Shown: positions 26,202-40,704, counted from the stretch's first letter. The stretch: DNA of 64,000 bases from Eledone cirrhosa (GCA_964016885.1 OZ024764.1:3410001-3474000), one strand, 5' to 3'. Notes: a model not told the origin generated them from the letters alone. Numbers and translations are program-made.

Positions 26202-26259
<58 letters not shown>

Positions 26260-26395
26260 TAGAAGGTGTATTCAATTTGTTGGTAATACAACAAATATAA
26301 ATGTTTATAACTGATTCAGAGCACTCAACAAGTTTTCTGGAGTATAATATACAATGATATTAAATTAATGGAAACTATATTTATAAAACCATATT

Positions 26396-26457
26396 TATTC
26401 TATTATATATATTTCAAGGGTACCAAAAATTTTGGTACGCTCTCATCAGATAAAATA
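26396..26457 (-). ncRNA. Minimal type-I hammerhead ribozyme motif
   Basis: Reverse complement: TATTTTAT-CTGATGA-GAGCGTACCAAAATTTTTGGTACCCTT-GAAA-TATATAT-A-ATAGAATA. Confidence 0.75.
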
Positions 26458-28019
26458 CGAAGTGTGTTTTATAAATTTTGACATAACCAAGGATAATATT
26501 AATATACCTTAACGGTTCAAGTTATCCCTGGAAAGTATATATATATATATATATATATCATCATCATCATCATCATCATTTTACGTCCGCTTTTCCCTGC
26601 TTGCAAGGGTGGGACGGGAACTGATTCTGGCTTGATTTCTACAGCTGGATGCCCTTCCTAACACCAACCTCATTTACAGTGAGTGCTGGGTGCTTTTTTG
26701 CCGTGGCACCTCCACGACCACTTTGCAGTGGAATGATAGGGACCGCAGTGAAATAAAGTGTCTTGCTCAAGGAAACAACACATCACCCGGTCTGAGAACT
26801 CACAACCTTTCGACCACTAAGCCATGTGCCTTCATCTATATATATATATATATATATATCAGCCTGTTAGTCTATATAAGATGAGATCTTTAATATATCT
26901 CATAAAATAATACAGCCAATTATCCACACAATACAATATAGTTAGCACTCCAAACATTTAGTTGGGAATATACTCCGGTATTTCCTAATGTTTGTTGAGT
27001 GAGTTGGAAATTGGTCGCGGTATCGCTATTAGCTTTCTCCGTCTATGTATTTATATATATATATATACATAAACGGAGAAAGCTAATAGCGATACCAAAT
27101 ATATATATATATATATATAGTAATAATAATAAATTTGAAGACTAAAATCCAAAGAGGGCTCGACAGATCAAAATATTTTGAAAATTTGGAGGTGAACAGC
27201 AATTATTATTGAATGGCTGCTATTTGCAGTATAGCAATATAAGGTTGCACTTACCAATGAAACGGTCGTAAATACCTGGATAAAATCCTTTTTTTAATGC
27301 TTACCTGTGTTTTCTCTTTTATTCTTTATACTCCAAGATTGAATGTGATTCTTACAAACTTGTAGAGTTACCCCCTAACCAAATGTTGAAACCGTCCATG
27401 AAACTGGCTTTCTTAACCACGAACTGCATTACAATAAGCAATTTTCTGCTTCCCTAACTATATATATATATATATAATCATCATCATCATCATCACCGTT
27501 TTACGTCCATTCTTCCACGCTAGCATGGGTTAGACGGGTTGTCCTGTTGTGGGCAGTGTCTGGTCGGCTGACCATGCCTTGCTCATACAGGAACTGATTT
27601 GGCTTGATTTCTACAGCTGGATGCCCTTCCTAACACCAACCTCATTTACAGTGAGTGCTGGGTGCTTTTTCGTGGCGCCTACACGTCCACTTTACAGTGT
27701 GGGCTGGGTGCTTTTTTGCCGTGGCACCTCCACGACCACCTTGCAGTGGGGTGTGTGGGGGCATATTGTATATATATATATATATATAGTAATAATAATA
27801 AATTTGACGACTAAAATTCAAAGAGGGTTCGATAAGGATAAATATATATCAAATATATAAGAACTGTAGAGCAAATATTTATTAAAATAACAGATTAAAG
27901 TTTAAGCAAAGAATCGCTGCTTTCACCCTTAACGGGATCTTCAGAAGATCCCGTTAAGGGTGAAAGCAGTGATTCTTTGCTTAAACTTTAATCTCTTATT
28001 TTAATAAATATATATATAT

Positions 28020-29140
28020 ATGTTGCTGTGCATGGCAGTGATCCAGCCTCTGAAGACGGGACTGAAACCAGTCACCTTGAGAACCACTTCCAAGTATTGA
28101 TGGTCGACCCTGTCAAATGCCTTAGATTGATCTAAATTGATCAGAGCTCCACCGAAGCCAGATTTACACCCTACCCTCTCTATGATGTATCGGATGAGGT
28201 GGAGGTTGTCGTGTATGGACCTGGTCAGGATTGCACACATTTGTGCCTCCCCCACCAGGCTCTCGATGACAAGCGCCAGCCTCGTTGCTAACACCTTGGC
28301 CAAAATCTTCAACTCTGAGTTGAGCAGGGTTATGCACCTGAAATTGCTTATCTTATCCCATTTGTCCTCGTCTTTCCTGATCAGCGTTACTACACCTCAG
28401 CTTACAGAACTGGGAGTTCTCCCGTTCTGCTGCCAGTTGCAGTAGACCACTTCGAGGACGTCAGAGAACAAGTCTGGCATGCCTATGTAAAACTCATAGG
28501 GTAGACTATCTAGACCGAGTAATATACGCTTCCTACAGTGGCATACAGCGTCTTGTATTTCAGCAGCTGTGACCGGCCTTTCACAGGTGTCTACATCCGT
28601 GTTCGAGAGCCGCAGTAGAAACTGAAGTCTATCAGCCCATCCGATACAGGGCTCTGCCCGAACAGTTGTGCAAAATGTTGCTGGAAAACTGTGCACATCT
28701 GCTTGGCTTTAAGTAGTACGCATCCATCTTGGTCTTTCAAAGACCGAATTGTGGATTTGTTGCCACTTGGGCCCAGCCAATAGCTTTGGCTCCCTCACTT
28801 CTTTGAGTACGTGTTTTACTTCTGACAATACAACCTTTGTTTCGCATTGAAGAACTGGTCTCTTGCCATTCTCACCGCCAACACACCAGCTGTATTGCCA
28901 CTCTTAAGCGCCTCTTCTACTTTGGTTACCACTTCCTTCTCTAAAGCTACTTCCTTGCTAAAGGCTATCGATTCTACTCTAATTGCTCTCTTGAGAGAGC
29001 ATCACAGGGTTGTTGACGATGGCCCCTGTCAACTAATGTTTAACTAAACTGTTAATCCGTTTGCTGTAAGCTTTATGCGTCGGTAATGACATGTTCAGCT
29101 TCCAGTATATGGGTCCCTGTCTATGTATGCTATCAAGGTT
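28020..29140 (-). mobile_element. Degenerate L1/Tx1-clade LINE RT fragment
   Basis: KILAKVLATRL..RSIHDNL..LDQSKAFDRVDH and GLDSLPYEFY, with stops and frameshifts. Confidence 0.85.
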
Positions 29141-29274
29141 GACTAAGCAGGTCACTTATTTGTGGTCTTAATAGGTAACCATGTGCATTTGTGGACAGCT
29201 TAATGTTCTCCTATCATTTTGTTTAATTAGAAATCTATCTAAATACAATCTAGAGGACCCAGTGCCACCAACAC

Positions 29275-30425
29275 AACCACTTTACAGTGTGGACTGGGTG
29301 CTTTTTGTTGTGACACCTACATGACCACTTTACAGCGTGGACTGGGTGCTTTTTGTTGTGACACCTACATGACCACTTTACAGTGTGGACTGGGTGCTTT
29401 TTGTCGAGACACCTACACAACCACTTTACAGTGTGGACTGGGTGATGTTTGTTGTGACACCTACACGACCACTTTACAGTGTGAACTGGGTGCGTTTTGT
29501 TATGATACCTACATGACCACTTTACAGTGTGGACTGGGTACTTTTTGTTGTGACACCTACATGACCACTTTACAGTGTGGACTGGGTACTTTTTGTTGTG
29601 ACACCTAAACGACCACTTTACAGTGTGGACTGGGTGCTTTTTGTTGTGACACCTACACAACCACTTTACAGTGTGGACTGGGTGCTTTTTGTCGTGACAC
29701 CTACACAACCACTTTACAGTGTGGACTGGGTGCTTTTTGTCGAGACACCTACACAACCACTTTACAGTGTGGACTGGGTACTTTTTGTTGTGACACCTAC
29801 ATGACCACTTTACAGTGTGGACTGGGTACTTTTTGTTGTGACACCTAAACGACCACTTTACAGTGTGGACTGGGTGCTTTTTGTTGTGGCACCTACACAA
29901 CCACTTTACAGTGTGGACTGGGTGCTTTTTGTCGTGACACCTACACAACCACTTTACAGTGTGGACTGGGTGCTTTTTGTCGAGACACCTACACAACCAC
30001 TTTACAGTGTGGGCTGGATGCTTTTTGTTGTGACACCTACACAACCACTTTACAGTGTGAACTGGGTGCTTTTTGTTGTGACACCTACATAACCACTTTA
30101 CAGTGAGTACTGCATGCTTTCTGTTGAGACACCTACACAAGCAGTTTACAGTGTGGACTGGGTGTTTTTTGTTGTGACACCTACATGACCACTTTACAGT
30201 GTGGACTGGGTACTTTTTGTTGTGACACCTACATGACCACTTTACAGTGTGGACTGGGTACTTTTTGTTGTGACACCTACATGACCACTTTACAGTGTGG
30301 ACTGGGTGCTTTTTGTTGTGACACCTACATGACCACTTTACAGTGTGGACTGGATGCTTTTTGTCGAGACACCTACATGACCACTTTACAGTGCGGACTG
30401 GGTGTTTTTTGTCATGTCACCTACA
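29275..30425 (-). repeat. 48-bp SINE-derived VNTR
   Basis: Unit accactttacagtgtggactgggtgctttttgttgtgacacctacatg. The same unit appears at 36818-37335 and 45375-46385 in the opposite orientation. Confidence 0.95.
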
Positions 30426-31034
30426 AGTTGACCATCTTGTTGTCTAGAGCTTCCACAAGGGTCTTGCTGCCTTCTCAGATGTTGTATCTGCCAGGTCCTT
30501 AATTCTAAGGTTGATAAGTTACAAAATGAATATATAGTGGCACAAAATATGCAAGGGGCCAGCTGTTTTTCTTGTCACCCTGTATATATATATATATATG
30601 TATAGTATATACATCGCTATTTCAGAGCACCAATTTCAATATATATATATCAGTCCCCAACTTACGAATGAGTTATGTTCCAAGAGGGTGTTCGTGAGTT
30701 GAAGGAACCCAGAGCCCGAAAGACCCCACAAGAACTCAGACAGTTCTATCTTCTTGAGACTGTTAGTATCCACAGAAGTTCGTAGGGTAGGGTCTGACTG
30801 TTTATATAGTTCCCTAGTCTAGCACAAATTGTCTGCCCTTTATCCAGTCAAAAGGTCCTCACCTTGTTATCTCCCTTGCATCGGTATTGTGTCGTTATCT
30901 TTACATACATCCAACGATTTCTCAACCGCCCTTCCTCAGGAGATCTACATTGTGCAATACCACTCGTATCGATATATTACATAGATTCCACTCTCCGACA
31001 TTTGAGGTGTTCAGGTGGAGCTGGGTTATTGGGA

Positions 31035-31887
31035 GCAGGGTTTCTACAGCTGGATGTCCTTCCTAACACAAACCACACTACAGAGTGTACTGGGTGCAGG
31101 GTTTCTACAGCTGGATATCCTTAACACCAACCACTTTACAGAATGTACTAGGAGTATGGTTTCTATGGCTGGATGTCCTTCCTAACACCAACCCCTTTAC
31201 AGAGTGTACTGGGTGCATGGTTTCTATGGCTGGATGTCCTTCCTAATACCAACCCCTTTACAGAGTGTACTGGGTGCATGGTTTCTATGGCTGGATGTCC
31301 TTCCTAATACCAACCACTTTACAGAGTGTACTGGGAGTATAGTTTCTATGGCTGGATGTCCTTCCTAACACCAACCACTTTACAGAGTGTACTGGGAGTA
31401 TAGTTTCTATGGCTGGATGTCCTTCCTAACACCAACCCCTTTACAGAGTGTACTGGGTGCATGGTTTCTATGGCTGGATGTCCTTCCTAACACCAACCAC
31501 TTTACAGAGTGTACTGGGTGCAGAGTTTCTATGGCTGGATGTCCTTCCTAACACCAACCACTTTACAGAGTGTACTGGGTGCAGAGTTTCTACAGCTGGA
31601 TGTCCTTCCTAACACCAACCACTTTACAGAGTGTACTGGGTTCAGAGTTTCAATGGTTTGATGCCCTTCCTAACACCAACCACTTTACAGAGTGTACTGG
31701 GTGCAGAGTTTCTACAGCTGGATGTCCTTCCTAACACCAACCACTTTACAGAGTGTACTGGGTTCAGAGTTTCAATGGTTTGATGCCCTTCCTAACACCA
31801 ACCACTTTACAGAGTGTACTGGGTGTAGAGTTTCAATGGTTTGATGCCCTTCCTAACACCAACCACTTTACAGAGTGTACTGGGTGT
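31035..31887 (-). repeat. 59-bp SINE-derived tandem repeat
   Basis: Unit tttctatggctggatgtccttcctaacaccaaccactttacagagtgtactgggtgcaga. Confidence 0.93.
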
Positions 31888-32169
31888 ATTGTAACATTGT
31901 CTCTAGTGAGGCATTGATAGGAGGAGATTGTATTGCTGAGTGAGAGAAACTGTGGCTGTGGAGAGGAAGAGTTGTGTCTGGCATGGGTTGAACAGGGAAG
32001 GTGAATTGAAGGGGTTCGATGAGTGAACGAGGAGTTACAAGTGTGGATGGAGGGGTTTTGGGGGAGTTGGGTGTGAGCAAATTATTGAGGAGGGTTGGGT
32101 CTGACTCTCTCTTTCTTTGCTGGTCTTTTGATGTGTTTATGTAAGAAGGTGAGTCTCCTGTAGTACAGC

Positions 32170-32780
32170 AGGTCTCCAGATGACATGTTCTTGTATCATC
32201 TCCTTCATAAGGTCTCCAGATAACCTGATCCTCTGTCAGCTCCTTCATGAGGTCTCCAGATAACCTGATCCTCTGTCATCTCCTTCATGAGGTCTCTAGA
32301 TGTGCTGATCCTGTGTCATCTTCTTCATGAAGTCTCCAGATGTGCTGATCCTGTGTCATCTCCTTCATGAGGTCTCCAGATGTGCTGATCCTGTGTCATC
32401 TTCTTCATGAAGTCTCCAGATGTGCTGATCCTGTGTCATCTCCTTCATGACATCTCCAGATGACCTGATCCTCTGTCATCTCCTTCATGACATCTCCAGA
32501 TGACCTGATCCTCTGTCATCTCCTTCATGACATCTCCAGATGACCTGATCCTCTGTCATCTCCTTCATGAGGTCTCCAGATGTGCTGATCCTGTGTCATC
32601 TCCTTCATGGGGTCTCCAGATGAGCTGATCCTCTGTCATCTCCTTCATGAAGTCTCCATATGACCTGATCCTCTGTCATCTCCTTCATGAGGTCTCCAGA
32701 TGATGTGATCCTGTGTCATCTTCTTCATGAAGTCTCCAGATGACCTGATCCTCTGTTATCTTCATGAGGTCTCCAGATGA
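32170..32780 (-). repeat. 40-bp tandem repeat from an RTE 3' end
   Basis: Unit tccttcatgaggtctccagatgacctgatcctctgtcatc. An RTE remnant (RWEDVVKADL on the reverse complement) is adjacent at 32800-32960. Confidence 0.85.
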
Positions 32781-34725
32781 TTTCATCCAGTATCATCACA
32801 CCATAATGTCCAGCTTTTTGAGGTCAGCCTTGACCACATCTTCCCAACGTTTCCTGGCTCCCCTACAGTTTCCATCAACAATGAACAGCCTGCACTTTTT
32901 TTATACAGCTCTTATTCTTCCTACCTATCACATGTCGATACCAGCATCGTCTTCTCTCGTGTATACTACAACTGATCCCTCTTATTCTCAGCTTTTCTCT
33001 TGGTTCATTCATGCACACTCCCATTAAACATCAATCATAGCATACATACATATACACACATATATATATCCCATGTGGATGTGTTGAAGCATACATCTAG
33101 TATGCCCCACCTTCCCCTCCATCCTTTCTTCCATACACCATGCACGTCCCTAAATCTACCTCTCCCACTTTATATTAGAGGCTTGATTGAGGTGTGCAAG
33201 AAAAAATAGAACAAACCACTAACTTTTTCCTTTTATTGTGCATTAAAAAAAAATGCTCTTCATATTCTTATGAAGATCAAAAGTTGACAGTTTCCGGCAA
33301 AAATATATACTTTTTAAAAATTTGAATTAGAATAAAAAATTTCATAATTTTTCAGAAAAAACATTTTTTTTTTTTTTTTGTTTTAGATCAGAAACTTACG
33401 CAATATGTCAATCCAAACCATTTATTTGAATTTTTAGAAAGTGAAAAAAAAAATCATAAAAAAAGGACACTTTAAAACCACTCTGTGTTTGGTAAATAAC
33501 TCGATGGGGGGAACTTTTGTTGGAACCAGGCATAGATTGTATTTACATATTGCATGAATTTCCCCTTGAGAGAAAAAAGGAAAAAAACACTTGAAACCTT
33601 TTGGTACCAACATACCCCAAACCACCCCCTTTCTATGAAACAAAACCATCCATTTTAGAGGGTTCCTATCTGAATTAAAAACTTCCAACATAATTTTATA
33701 TAAGAACTTTTTGTTAAATTGTGATTCAAATATCTTTATATGAAAATAATAATTTTAGTAAATTCCTCCCAAATTCTTCAAATAGAATAGATTTCATCAA
33801 AAATATGGAAATGAAAGGGTTAAAGGCTTCTACAGACTATAATCTTCCAACATAATGTTATTACACACTGAGGCCATGTTGGGGCACCGTCATGTTATAT
33901 GAGGACGTTTCTTAACTTGTCACCATATCTCTAATGAAATACACTCTATTTCAATTTATTAATTAATTTATAATTCTCAGGGATTTACAAAAATATTAAT
34001 TATTTCATTACAAAGACAGTAACTTAACATACGGTTCTTATATAAAATTATGTTGGAAGATTTAAATTCAACACAGAACCCTTTAAAATGGGTGGTTCTG
34101 TTTCATAGAACATAATTTTAGTAAATCACTCGAAATTCTTCGTTAGTTTATTAAAATACAGTGTTTCTTTTGAATTAAACCCTTCCAACATAATTCTATT
34201 TAAGACCCATATGTTAAGTTACTGCTTAGTAATGAAATAAGTAATAATTTTAGTAAATGCCTCAACATTCTTCCCAAATTGAAATAAATGGAGTTCTTAT
34301 ATTAGTAATAAAATAATTAATTGTTTCTACTTTAGGCACAAGGCCAGCAATTACCCAGTGTATTACTGGTACTTTATTTTATCGACCCCGTAAGGATGAA
34401 AGGCAAAGTTAACCTAGGTAATTAATAATTTTAGTAATGAATCCCTCAAAAGTTTTTCATAAATTAACAGAAACACAGGGTGTATTTGATTAGGGATATA
34501 ATGAGAAGAAGGCTAAAACCTTCTTCAAGATAAGGGCAACTGAGACCCCTAAACCCTTCTGATTTAGAAGATGACCCAACACTGGTATCAGAGATGTTGG
34601 GTAGAATGTAGCCCATGGTAGGGGACAGCCTTCCAAACCTGCTAAGCATGTGTATTATATACATATGAATACAGTACATATACATATATATATATATATA
34701 TATACACACATACACATATATATAT

Positions 34726-34760
<35 letters not shown>

Positions 34761-34895
34761 CATACATACATACACATATACATATATATACATACATGCA
34801 TATGTGTGTGTGTGCATATATATATATATATGTGTGTGTGTGTATATATATGTGTGTATATATATATATATACACACATACACATATATATAATG

Positions 34896-34968
<73 letters not shown>

Positions 34969-35004
34969 CACATATACATATATATACATACATGCATATA
35001 TGTG

Positions 35005-35051
<47 letters not shown>

Positions 35052-35521
35052 TGTATATATATATATATATATATATATAATAAATATACTGTATATATAT
35101 ACTTCTATAAATAATGTGTGAAAAAAACCCAGATTAATCAAATCTCTCAATAAACCAGTGTGTAGAATATGATATTCACTGGTGTATATACACCAGCTTA
35201 TATACACCAGGGTATATATAGTAATAGTTGTAGGTTAATCAACAGCACACACACACACACACACTCACACATTGTTATATAAGTGTGTATATATATATAC
35301 ACACACACACATATATATGTATGTATATTATATACACACATATATATATGTACACACAAATATACATAACACTCTCTTTATATATATATATACAGCTGAT
35401 TCCTCAATGTCTATCACTATGTATGTGTTTATATACATGTATATATATATATATATATACATAAATATATATATATATAAAAATTCAGTACTCCGACGGT
35501 TGAGCTCCATATATACATATA

Positions 35522-35597
<76 letters not shown>

Positions 35598-35619
35598 TAT
35601 ATATGTATATATGCGTGTG

Positions 35620-35651
<32 letters not shown>

Positions 35652-35746
35652 TATGTATATATGCGTGTGTATATATATATATATAATTTTACTACCTTGA
35701 TTAAATCTAAACCATTTAACATCTCAGGGTATGTCATGTATCATTA

Positions 35747-35801
35747 TATTTTGTCTGATGAGGACGTACTGTTGTACATCCAAAATATGTATAATAAAAT
35801 G
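35747..35801 (+). ncRNA. Degenerate hammerhead motif (GAAA changed to AAAA)
   Basis: TATTTTGT-CTGATGA-GGACGTAC-tgtt-GTACATCC-AAAA-TATGTAT-A-ATAAAAT. Same repeat family as 25214. Confidence 0.55.
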
Positions 35802-36299
35802 TAATTGATCAAAAGAACATCTATTTTATTAATACTTATATTTTAATATTAATAACTCCTGAAAATTATTTTACCGTTGAGTGCTTCCAATCTACTGTAA
35901 AACTCATTCTTTGACATAATCATCGAATATTGTTTAACAACTTAATACTTATATATATATAAATATATACATTATTTTTGTTTTTTAACAGGGAGCGAGA
36001 GGCCCCTAGTCTTTATTAAGACATCACTCTAGTAGAAGGTCACCCTGATATAAAACCTGTGACTTCGCTTACATCCAATGATGTGGACCAGTTCTTCTTT
36101 TCGGGTACCTACATTCACTGTTAAGAGAGTGGGATTGACCCCGTGCAAAACCTATCCTCACTTAAAAAAGTTTCAAACACAGGCATCACTGGATATGTGA
36201 CATTTTTTGTGGTGTATAGTATTCCCGGCCATAGGCAAGCCCCTAGCAGGACTAAAAAGCCATCTCGAAAAAAATTGAGTTGCAGCCATCATCATCATC

Positions 36300-36345
<46 letters not shown>

Positions 36346-36485
36346 ATGTTTATATCTATATTTATATATGTTTGATATAACTATAAATATGTAGGGTTGT
36401 ACTAAGATGATTCCAGACTTCCCTCTGGAAGAAACAATTGTCAGCTAATAAATGTTCTAAACTAAAATTTGATCCTTTATCACTT

Positions 36486-36541
<56 letters not shown>

Positions 36542-36817
36542 AAGTGTTAAAACAATCAAATTTTAGTGAAATGATGATGATGATATATATATATATATAT
36601 ATCATCATCATCATTTAACGTCGCGATATGATATTTTTTGTGGTATTCCCGGCCATAGGCAAGTCCCTAGCTGGACTAACAAGCCATCTCGAAATTGAGT
36701 TGCAGCCATCATCATCATCATCATCATCATTTAACATCTATCTTCAACGCTAGCATGTGTTAGACGGGTTTTCCCATTTGAGGCAAGTTTGGTCAGGTGA
36801 CCATGTCTCGCTCATAT

Positions 36818-37500
36818 AGGTGTCACAACAAAAAGTACCCAGTCTACACTGTAAAGTGGTCATGTAGGTGTCACAACAAAAAGTACCCAGTCCACACTGT
36901 AAAGTGGTCATGAAGGTGACACAACAAAAAGCACCCAGTCCACACTGTAAAGTGGTCATGTAGGTGTCACAACAAACAACACCTAGTCCACACTGTAAAG
37001 TGGTCATGTATGTGTCACGACAAAAAGCACCCAGTCCACACTGTAAAGTGGTCATGTAGGTGTCACAACAAAAGGCACCCAGTCCACACTGTAAAGTGGT
37101 CATGTAGGTGTCACAACAAAAAGTACCCAGTCCACACTGTAAAGTGGTCATGTAGGTGTCACAACAAAAAGTACCCAGTACTCACTGTAAAGTGGTCATG
37201 TAGGTGTCACAACAAAAAGCACCCAGTCCACACTGTAAAGTGGTCATGTTGGTGTCACAACAAAAAGTACCCAGTACACACTGTAAAGTGGTCATGTAGG
37301 TGTCACATCAAAAAGCACCCAGTCCACACTGTAAATGTGGTTGGTGTTAGGAAGGGCATCCAGCCATAGAAAACCTGCCAGAAACAGTCCTATATCAGTG
37401 AAGCCCGGTCTCCCGATCAATCTTGCCTCAAGTGGGACAACTCCCATCTAACCCATGCTAGCGTGGAAGATGGACGTTAAACTATGATGATGATGGTGAT
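36818..37500 (+). mobile_element. 48-bp VNTR running into an intact SINE 3' end
   Basis: The array is followed by gtggttggtgttaggaagggcatcc...gttaaactatgatg. Confidence 0.85.
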
Positions 37501-37614
37501 ATATAGGAATTATAACATCCAGTTACTGTAGGTTATAGCTAGATCTGAACAAGTTCAGACCTAGCTGTCCTATATATATATACACACACACATATATTGT
37601 ATACTATAAGTTCA

Positions 37615-37860
37615 GATAGGCTGGGTACGTCGCCCGGTCCACCGATAATCGGTGGACCCGCGCAGTTGCCGAGTGGTACCCGCGCGAGCGGAAACGACCA
37701 CTCGGAAGGCCTCCATGAGGGTGGAGTTACGATTTTAGGAATACGATTGGGACTACATGGATGAGGAAAGCACGATCTAGAGAGGAATGGATGGCGTGCT
37801 GTGACCAGCGGCGCAGAATGGACGCCCGACAGACTGGTCGGTCAAGGTGATCAACGTGAT
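37615..37860 (+). mobile_element. RTE/BovB-like LINE extreme 3' fragment
   Basis: AGYVARSTDNRWTRAVAEWYPRERKRPLGRPP...ARSREEW. Confidence 0.7.
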
Positions 37861-38771
37861 ATATATATATATATGATGGCTGCAAACTCTGCTAAGGGTA
37901 TTGCGATCGCTGGTCAGATTATAAAGTTTCGTGCAATTTTAGGCTACGGCCAGCCACACAAACCTGTAACATATCCTGAACAAGCAATGCCTGTACTTTG
38001 AAGGTTTTTTAAGTGGGGAAAGGCCTTGCACTCGACCCATCCCACTCTCTGAGCATCAAAAACACTACCTGAAAAGGAGAACTGGTCAACATCATCAGAT
38101 GCTTCCGAAGCTGCAGGTTTTCTTTTCAGAGTTTCCCTCTCCTAGGAATGTTTGTGACAAAGGGCGGAGGAACTCAGCAAAGTCAACGGCCATCCAAATA
38201 GTACTTTTTTTCCCCCCACATGGGAGTGAAAGGCTCCTAGTTGTTGTCATATATATATTCACACACAAGTTAGATCCAGACAATAGAGGCCTATAAATAT
38301 GTAGAAAGAACCTAATTAAATCAAAATTGATTTTAAAAAAAACCCATTAATTAATGTGCTTTGATTAATTAAGAAGAAATATATAAATATATGTAACCAC
38401 ATGGTTGCTGAGGCAGTCCAACTGTGTGGCATGGAGGGTAATCAATGACTTGTCAGTGAAATTTGGTAGACAGGAATTACGTGGAAGCCCATCATATATA
38501 TACACCACATATACATATATATATAATATATATATATATATATGCAAGTATATATATATATACACACATTCACATAGAAGGGGCAGCTGAAAGTTCATAG
38601 GATAACTATGAAGGAGTGATGCTAGGGCTGTGAAATCTTCCATGCATTTCAACTCTTCTTATTAATAACTGCATCTTTCCAGAGACTATGTTGAAAAATA
38701 AACCTCATTTGGTCATTCCATGAGAGTATCTTGGTCAGTCTATGAACTTTTTAGCCGACACCCGTCTTTGC

Positions 38772-38806
<35 letters not shown>

Positions 38807-38898
38807 TACACATATACATATATATATATATGTATATAAGAATAAATAAATAAAATCAACAATTTTACAGTAATAATAATAATAATAATAATAAAGGT

Positions 38899-38930
<32 letters not shown>

Positions 38931-39112
38931 CCATAAAAAGGTATTTCCATATGGTGCCAACTTGACCTTCTAGAAATAACAGCCAAACCTTACCTCAATC
39001 ACAGTCTTTCATGCTTTTTTCTTGGAAAGATAGACAACACTTTAGACAGTGTACTCCTAGATACACTGTGCTGCAAATGATAAAGATCAGATGGTCATGT
39101 GATGTTTATGTC

Positions 39113-39145
<33 letters not shown>

Positions 39146-39547
39146 TATATTTGGTTATGGACATATATATATACATATATATATATATGTATTTATATGT
39201 ACATATGTTTGTGTATGTACATATATATATATAAATATATATATGTTTGTGTATGTACACACACACACATATATATATATATATGTGTTTGTATATGTAC
39301 ATATATATACATATATATATATGTATATACAGGATTTAATATAGAAATGGCATCTACAGGAGTAGAACTGTTTCTTCCTTCGAATGAAACAGTTCTAGTC
39401 CTGTAGAAGCCATTTCTATATTAAACCCTCTATCTACTTTACTATGTATTGAGTACCTCAGCATTTAGCCTTAATAAAATGAATATTAAAACTCTACTTT
39501 GGTATTGAGTACTCTTTTCTCTCAGTCGTTAACCATATATATATAAA

Positions 39548-39628
<81 letters not shown>

Positions 39629-40135
39629 AACCAGTAAGACCCCTGTCGGGGTCTTACTGGTTCCTATTACCCACTCTACTACCTCAAGTATTGAGTACTT
39701 TGGTGCGTTATGGTCCACCTGGTTCCTTACCACATTTCCTTTGTTATATATATATAAATATATATAATATATATCCATATATAAATATATATTGTTATAC
39801 TTGGGGAGGGTCATATTGTTATAATATTGCCAGAAATAATAACAGAAAACACTCACTGTTTTGGATTGCTTTTCACTTCTGTTTCTTTTATATCTCCATA
39901 GTTAATTTATCTAGCAATCAATGTTTATGATTGTTTATCATTGATTGACCAATGGTTAAAAATATAGATACATATATATATATGCAAAAGTTCTATTTAA
40001 ATTGTTGGGATACAACAAAGCAAATATTTTTATAACTGATATAAAGCACTCGACAAGTATTTGATGTCTTCCAAAAGTAACGGTTGCATTTTGAAAGGGT
40101 ACGTCAATGTTTATTTATAAAACTGGTATATATTG

Positions 40136-40200
40136 TATTTTGTCTGATGAAGGCATACCATAATTTAACTTGGTATCCTTGAAATATGTATAATGAAATA
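40136..40200 (+). ncRNA. Minimal type-I hammerhead ribozyme motif
   Basis: TATTTTGT-CTGATGA-AGGCATACCA-taatttaact-TGGTATCCTT-GAAA-TATGTAT-A-ATGAAATA. Confidence 0.75.
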
Positions 40201-40638
40201 AATATGGTTTTATAAATATAGTTTCCATTTGTTAATATTGGATACAAATATATATATATATATCGTCTGTTCTTTCATCACACATCGGTGACATCATCAG
40301 TGATACTATTAAGTTTCCTCCTATTGTATTGTAATGCCTACGCCAGAAAAATTGCATAGACATAACAGTGAGTGTGTTCTGTTGTTATTTCTGACAATAT
40401 TATAACAATATCACTCTACCCAAGTATAACAATATTTGCTTCAACACACGATTTCATATCAAACACCTTGCAAAACAAAAACGTTATTCCGGGTTGAATC
40501 GGAGGTAACCACAGTAAGTAAGGTACTCAATACATAGCAGAGTATAAAAGTTTTAATATAGATGAGATTCTACAGGACTAGAACTGTTTCATAAAGCACT
40601 CTTTTTTCCTGTACCTTTCCGATGGAAATACTTCATTT

Positions 40639-40704
<66 letters not shown>

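Noticed and set aside
34555-34615. Hammerhead-like GAAGATGA-CCCAACA…TGTTGGG-TAGAA
   Set aside because: The stem is present but both core boxes are mutated; at most a decayed relic.
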